Assembly (NCBI GenBank): GCA_029564175.1
Contig: JAKQQL010000101.1
Coordinates: 1 to 12,942 of the forward strand
Source: Candidatus Cloacimonadota bacterium
GTDB lineage: Bacteria > Cloacimonadota > Cloacimonadia > Cloacimonadales > WRIO01
Direction: 5' to 3'
Length of the DNA stretch: 12,942 bases
The notes under the pieces are model-generated. The model did not search any database, was not told the DNA's origin, and was given only the letters and a program-made list of their open reading frames with translations. Positions 8,361 to 12,942 of the stretch are shown piece after piece. Position 1 is the stretch's first letter. Every line of letters begins with the position of its first letter. The position numbers were made by a program, and so were the translations under genes.

Positions 8361-8434
8361 AAAAAGTACAAAAAAGTACAAATATAAATTTTCAAGGTAC
8401 AAAAAAGGTACAAAAATTTAATACGTTTGTACTA
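8361..8434. repeat. Tandem GTACAAA repeats, probable integrase arm-type sites (right arm)
   Basis: AAAAAGTACA x2 (8361-8380), AAGGTACAAAA x2 (8394-8415), plus one inverted copy TTTGTACTA (8426-8434). Confidence 0.7.
8422..8429 (+). promoter_or_regulatory. Bacteroidota sigma-A -7 element (TAnnTTTG) for the integrase
   Basis: TACGTTTG lies 26 bp before the integrase ATG. No clear -33 TTTG is present. Confidence 0.5.
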
Positions 8435-8455
8435 TCAATATTAACATTCTACAAT

Positions 8456-9718
8456 ATGAATACCCAGAGCAAATTAAATATAAACAGGTCTGGCGGTCAT
8501 GACTATATAATCATCTATTACAAAAAGGGGAAGGATATGCTAAGAATCCCCACAGGCGAAGAAATTGTAAAGGGTAAAATGACAGAAAAACTTTTGTTTA
8601 ATGCAAAGGTGATCGATTATCAGTCGAAAAATAGGAAGATTCTTGAACTGAAGAAAAAGGTTGACACTTACATAATGATGGAATCACAAAGTCAAAATCC
8701 AAGATATAGTCAACGAAAATGTATCAAGTTCATAACACAAGAATGGGGGAATATAGGTAGTGGTACTCCGGCAATTCAAAAATTACGTGCTTTAGCGAAT
8801 AAATATAATGTTACAGAGGTCACAAATACTGATACAAAAACCTTAGTTCAATACATTGACGGTTACATTCAAGACCGTAAGGATAATAATACGACCAGAA
8901 ACACAGCAAAGGAATTTACAACCATGAAGAACAGGGTTATAAAATTTGATGCTGAGAGAAAGCAGGCGACCCTGCTTTCAGATATAAATTTTACTTGGTC
9001 GGATGCTTTTGAAAAATTTCTGAGGAAGAAAAATTATAGTAGTGGAACTATTGAGAAAACATATACGATTCTAATTACGGTCTTAAACAACTTATACATT
9101 AGAAAAGACGAGAACAATTATAACCTGTCAGATAAGTTCAGGCTGAAAGGATTTAAACGTGGTAAGAAAAGCCGGAACATGGCAAATCCGTTGACTTTTG
9201 AACAATTCAAGACCTTATTCAATCATAAATTTAACGAAAATTTTCTCGAAAAGACCCGGATCAGATTTTGTCTGCAGTGTTCTACTGGATTAAGATACAG
9301 CGATATGCATAGAATAACGCCTGATTTAATTCATGAAGATCGGATAATTATTAAACCAGTTAAAACAGAAGGATACGGAATAACGGCTGAAATTGATCTG
9401 AATCCTTACAGTAGAGCAATATTATCAGAACTGGATTTTGATACCCGCAAGTTAAAAATTGAAAACGCATCTTACAACCGTAACATAAAAGCCATGTTTA
9501 AAAAAATGCAAGTGGATAAACCTGATTTAAAGTATAGAGATGATTACGGTTCACATTGCGCAAGAGATACCTTTATAAGTATTTGTGTTCAATCAGGGGT
9601 TGATTTTAAAACGATACTAACATGGACTGGTCAGCGTTCTTATGCCATCATGGATAGATATATTAGTACTACCAATCAATATAAAAGTGAACAGATGAGC
9701 AAGGCATTTGAGAGATAA
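8456..9718 (+). CDS. Site-specific tyrosine recombinase/integrase (420 aa)
   Basis: N-terminal arm-binding-like beta region (YIIIYY...LRIPTG), SAM-like core-binding domain (LLSDINFTWSDAFEKFLRKKNYSSGTI), catalytic STGLRYSD, VKT, SHCARDTF and TGQRSYAIMDRY. Confidence 0.95.
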   Translation: MNTQSKLNINRSGGHDYIIIYYKKGKDMLRIPTGEEIVKGKMTEKLLFNAKVIDYQSKNRKILELKKKVDTYIMMESQSQNPRYSQRKCIKFITQEWGNIGSGTPAIQKLRALANKYNVTEVTNTDTKTLVQYIDGYIQDRKDNNTTRNTAKEFTTMKNRVIKFDAERKQATLLSDINFTWSDAFEKFLRKKNYSSGTIEKTYTILITVLNNLYIRKDENNYNLSDKFRLKGFKRGKKSRNMANPLTFEQFKTLFNHKFNENFLEKTRIRFCLQCSTGLRYSDMHRITPDLIHEDRIIIKPVKTEGYGITAEIDLNPYSRAILSELDFDTRKLKIENASYNRNIKAMFKKMQVDKPDLKYRDDYGSHCARDTFISICVQSGVDFKTILTWTGQRSYAIMDRYISTTNQYKSEQMSKAFER

Positions 9719-9849
9719 AAAATTATTGTTTAACTATTTATGTTTTGCTGATTTCATTTTTTTTTGGAAAATTTTTGAGTTCGTTCTTTTTGAAGCGACA
9801 ATCAAGACTCCCAGAATTTCTTTTCCTGCACGACCCACAGTCCTATAGA

Positions 9850-9892
9850 CCGGGGGGGGTAGGGGGGGACTAACCCCCGGATATCCACCCCC
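9850..9892. other. G/C-run element with hairpin or G-quadruplex potential
   Basis: CC-G8-TA-G7-ACTAA-C5-GG-ATATCCACCCCC in otherwise AT-rich DNA. CCGGGGG (9850-9856) is complementary to CCCCCGG (9874-9880). Confidence 0.55.
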
Positions 9893-10025
9893 TCTTCTTA
9901 TAATGTCCATTTTTTGATATCAGGGTATTTATATAAAAGGGAAACGAATTCTAATCTTAACAATCAGATTATAGTTGGCTATGATGTACGAATTTTAATG
10001 CTACAGATAAATTAAACAATAATAC

Positions 10026-10538
10026 ATGCATGATATTCAACAGATTGCGATCCACGAGGCGGGACATGTGCTCGGTCATATTTTGACCAGACGACCGTTT
10101 GCATTTGTAACCATCGAGCCAAGTGAATTGAAAATCCATACAGACGGTAAGTCCCTCGGCTATCTTCAACCAACTATGCCATATTATCATGATAAGGCTT
10201 CTTATTCCAGACTAACGCCACCTGAATTCTTTCAAAATTTCAGTGAAGATGTGACCATATTAAGTGCCTATGTTGCCCAACGAATTTTTTCAAAAGATTT
10301 TGATCGAACAGGCTCAAAGACAGACTTTCTGGCTCTTAATAAAAGTGGACTGATAAACCAACCTGAACCTCTCCGAACTGCCTACAAAAAATTCCTGATC
10401 GCTTACACCTTTCAACTACTCAGCCTGAATGTCCATAAGCAAATACTATTAAGGATCGCAGACGAATTAGTGAGGAATAAAACACTTACCTATGAGCAAG
10501 TGCAAAAAATAGTTGATCAGTATGGTTGTGGAACTTGA
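10026..10538 (+). CDS. Stand-alone peptidase M41 (FtsH protease domain)-like zinc metalloprotease, 170 aa
   Basis: IAIHEAGH followed by VTIEP, LGY, GSKTD (compare FtsH GASND, third Zn ligand) and IADELVRNKTLTYEQV (compare LAEALLEKETL). No AAA+ domain or transmembrane segment. Confidence 0.75.
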   Translation: MHDIQQIAIHEAGHVLGHILTRRPFAFVTIEPSELKIHTDGKSLGYLQPTMPYYHDKASYSRLTPPEFFQNFSEDVTILSAYVAQRIFSKDFDRTGSKTDFLALNKSGLINQPEPLRTAYKKFLIAYTFQLLSLNVHKQILLRIADELVRNKTLTYEQVQKIVDQYGCGT

Positions 10539-10580
10539 TAAACCATTTGTGCCGGACGTATTAGTATTAAGGACAGATAG

Positions 10581-11084
10581 TTATGTTAAACAATTAAGAA
10601 TATCTATTAATTGATTTTGATTGTCTTCTGAAAAATCCACTTGTACGAAGGAGTTATTCCCTGTAATACGTAATGTTTTAATCTTTTTTTTCATGAGTAA
10701 GGATTTTATAGAGATGCCATCAAAATCCGGTATACTAATAAATAGCATTGCAAACCCGACACAATTTTGCTCACTAACATTTTGATATTGCACTCTTGAA
10801 CCATCAGTAAAAAGAATATTAATTGGATTTCCGTTACTAATACAACCAAGGTCTTTACAATCAATAGTCAAAGAAGTTTCTATTCCATCCTCATCAATTC
10901 TTTCAGCAATAAAAATTGCAACTTTATTTTCATCATTAGCGGAAATAAACAGGTAATCTTTCATCCGTAAGAATGTTGTGCCCGTAACCTCATCATATGT
11001 CTTTTCAATAAAATGATTACAGTCCTGTGAACACACGGATTTGACAATGAACAAAAATATCAACAAATTGACGATTCTCATCAT
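10581..11084 (-). CDS. Exported hypothetical protein (167 aa)
   Basis: Signal peptide MMRIVNLLIFLFIVKSVCS followed by Q (Bacteroidota Q-rule); beta-rich mature part with several Cys. Confidence 0.75.
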   Translation of the reverse strand: MMRIVNLLIFLFIVKSVCSQDCNHFIEKTYDEVTGTTFLRMKDYLFISANDENKVAIFIAERIDEDGIETSLTIDCKDLGCISNGNPINILFTDGSRVQYQNVSEQNCVGFAMLFISIPDFDGISIKSLLMKKKIKTLRITGNNSFVQVDFSEDNQNQLIDILNCLT

Positions 11085-11192
11085 AAGTTTGATTTATTTG
11101 AGTGATCACTTTTAGTCATACAGAGGAAGACTTTTTTTAACTGGACTTTTATGATTTATGAAGATGGACATCCAATTATGGTTTTAAATGTA

Positions 11193-11231
11193 CAAAAAGT
11201 GGGACTTACCTTAACAAGATAAGTACCACTT
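11193..11231 (-). terminator. Probable intrinsic terminator after the 245-aa lipoprotein gene
   Basis: Imperfect 16-bp inverted repeat 11197-11212 / 11216-11231 (one G-U pair and one mismatch on the minus strand), running into TTTTTG on the minus strand. Confidence 0.6.
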
Positions 11232-11293
11232 CAAATGACAAATCCAATAAATTATTTCTTAGTGAATTTTAATCTGGTTTTGGATTACTAATT

Positions 11294-12031
11294 TTACCAA
11301 CGATTGGTATAATCTTCATAATCCTTTGTAGCCTTCTCAAATTGTTTTACCTGTTCTTCAGTTAGTTTATCGAGATCATAATTTATTTCATCTTCAAGGT
11401 CAATCATTTTATCTAATAATTCATCACGGTATCTCCCAGAAACCTTCTTCTTCCCCTTCATTATATCAATATCCTCATATGACAATTTACAATATTCATC
11501 TACTTTATCTTGCCAATATTTGCGTGTGCTTGCAGTTTGATTATACCCCTCGGAAGAAATTGTAAATCCCATTATCGAATCAGCAGGAGGAAGTCCATTC
11601 TTGTTAATTATGCTTTCTGCATCTGCATGCCACTTAAATGTAATTGGCATTTCACCCCCTTGTTTTATTAGTTCGTATAATTTATCATAATCATCTATTT
11701 GAAACTTATCAATGTCAGCAAATGAATAGTAATGAATATCAGTAAGTTCAAGGTAAGTTGAACTCATATCATTAAACTGATCTTCCGAAGTTTCTTTTGC
11801 TAAAAGTTTTACTTCAATAGAATAATCGTAACCACCATCCCAAGTTTTCTCGGGAATTTTATTAATTGAATAAGTACCTCCAACTACCTCAAGATATTCG
11901 GCTAACTCACCTGTAATAGTTGTGGTGATTGGCTTTACATCCACGGTTTGCCGTACACTTGATGAGCAACTGCTTATTATCATCATAAGAGTGACGACAC
12001 TAAGTGCAAAAATGCTTTCTTTCGTTTTCAT
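11294..12031 (-). CDS. Hypothetical lipoprotein (245 aa), C-terminal helical domain resembling the neighbouring lipoprotein
   Basis: MKTK, a hydrophobic stretch and lipobox ISSC (C22). The C-terminus WQDKVDEY...LTEEQVKQF resembles WDKLLDYY...LTEKQMARF of the next gene. Confidence 0.8.
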   Translation of the reverse strand: MKTKESIFALSVVTLMMIISSCSSSVRQTVDVKPITTTITGELAEYLEVVGGTYSINKIPEKTWDGGYDYSIEVKLLAKETSEDQFNDMSSTYLELTDIHYYSFADIDKFQIDDYDKLYELIKQGGEMPITFKWHADAESIINKNGLPPADSIMGFTISSEGYNQTASTRKYWQDKVDEYCKLSYEDIDIMKGKKKVSGRYRDELLDKMIDLEDEINYDLDKLTEEQVKQFEKATKDYEDYTNRW

Positions 12032-12211
12032 AGTTATAAGATTTAAGATTAATTATTTATAATTATTGTTAGAAAATTTTAATATAATTTACTTCAGATT
12101 GTTCTGGTCATTATTTCTTAGTCCGTAAGACTGTGTGTTTTTTTGAGTGACAATTAGTCTGGTTATTAAATGGCTGGTTGTATTTTTTTAAAGGCTAAAA
12201 AACAAATTATC

Positions 12212-12646
12212 CTATTCTGTTTCTTCATCTAATAACTCGAATGTTTGTTCCATTGAACCAAATGTTGAACCCATAGATTCAGATGCTGATTCTATAAGTT
12301 TTGTTTGAATCTCTATGAACCTTGCCATTTGTTTTTCAGTTAAATTGTCTCCAGCATTCTGTAATTCATTTTCAAATTCTGTCGCTTTTTCCATCAATGC
12401 GGGATATTCTGACATCGCTGACATATCACCAGCCATTGACTTTTTCAGAAGGCTTATGAACTTATTAGTATAACTTTCATAGTAATCAAGCAGTTTGTCC
12501 CAATCTTTGCTTCCCGAATTTGCTTCAGAGGATTTTATATTAGGAGTCGAGTTCGCTTTCATTTGATTCTCGTTGGAACTATTCCCACAAGAATTGACAA
12601 TTATAAAAATTACTGCCAGAACTAAAAGATAAAATTTTGTTTTCAT
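12212..12646 (-). CDS. Hypothetical lipoprotein (144 aa), DUF6591-like helical domain
   Basis: Lipobox VNSC (C20), Ser/Asn-rich linker, then DWDKLLDYYESYTNKFISLLKK..AGDMSAMSEYPALMEKA...LTEKQMARFIEIQTKL, which I recall as DUF6591-like (unverified). Confidence 0.75.
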   Translation of the reverse strand: MKTKFYLLVLAVIFIIVNSCGNSSNENQMKANSTPNIKSSEANSGSKDWDKLLDYYESYTNKFISLLKKSMAGDMSAMSEYPALMEKATEFENELQNAGDNLTEKQMARFIEIQTKLIESASESMGSTFGSMEQTFELLDEETE

Positions 12647-12817
12647 AATGTCCGTAATTTATTTGTGATGATATCTCAGTTCAAAAGTTTTTTAAGAGAT
12701 CAACATTAACTCCTTGTAAAGAATGGCATGTTTTAGACGTTTGATATTAAATATATTTCAGGTATTATAACAACAGGCGTTTATGTTTTATTGTCCTAAC
12801 AACCGGAATTTTTTAAT

Positions 12818-12856
12818 AGAAAATAAAACCACCTTGACTGAAAAAGGTAGGTGGTT
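12818..12856 (-). terminator. Possible terminator hairpin
   Basis: AACCACCT (12827-12834) / AGGTGGTT (12849-12856) with a 14-nt loop, followed on the minus strand by TTATTTTCT. Confidence 0.4.
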
Positions 12857-12942
12857 AATATTATTACTCCCAAAAGTATATTTAGTGTACTGATATTGTG
12901 GTTATCGCCTTGTTCTCAGAATTTGCTGCAAGTGAGATGGTT

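Noticed and set aside
8148..8434. CRISPR array or iterons
   Set aside because: The repeats are 10-12 bp, adjacent and without spacers, and no cas or rep gene is nearby; arm-type sites fit better.
9969..10190. 73-aa minus-strand ORF
   Set aside because: It overlaps the better-supported HEAGH peptidase on the opposite strand.
11190..11197. Extra GTACAAAA copy as a second att arm
   Set aside because: Single copy at a terminator tail with no core sequence nearby; likely chance.
12871..12878. Minus-strand TAnnTTTG (TACTTTTG) as the lipoprotein promoter
   Set aside because: It is 225 bp from the ATG, has no -33 element and has a terminator-like hairpin in between; too weak to call.

Overview
This AT-rich window looks like Bacteroidota accessory DNA (TAnnTTTG promoter element, signal peptide cleaved before Gln, Bacteroidota-type integrase). 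It has two parts joined at an integration site. Left (1-8116): the 3' end of a probable BREX brxL gene (1-141, missed by the ORF track), then four tightly packed co-oriented genes. These encode an RxxxxH (HEPN-like) protein, a RecD2/Dda-like SF1B helicase, a 1340-aa Hfq/Sm-like + cold-shock + TPR + Ig-like + STAND ATPase protein, and an overlapping second STAND ATPase with a C-terminal Swt1-like HEPN domain. I read this as a candidate paired-STAND (sensor/executor), RNA-centred anti-phage module appended to BREX. Junction (8148-8434): a 16-nt tRNA-Pro 3'-end fragment (att core), a perfect 16-bp hairpin, and GTACAAA arm-type repeats on both sides, giving an attP-like or tandem-island junction. 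Right (8456-12942): a tyrosine integrase, a G/C-run element, a stand-alone M41-type metallopeptidase and three minus-strand exported proteins (two lipoproteins). All family assignments come from motif recognition by eye; no searches were run.
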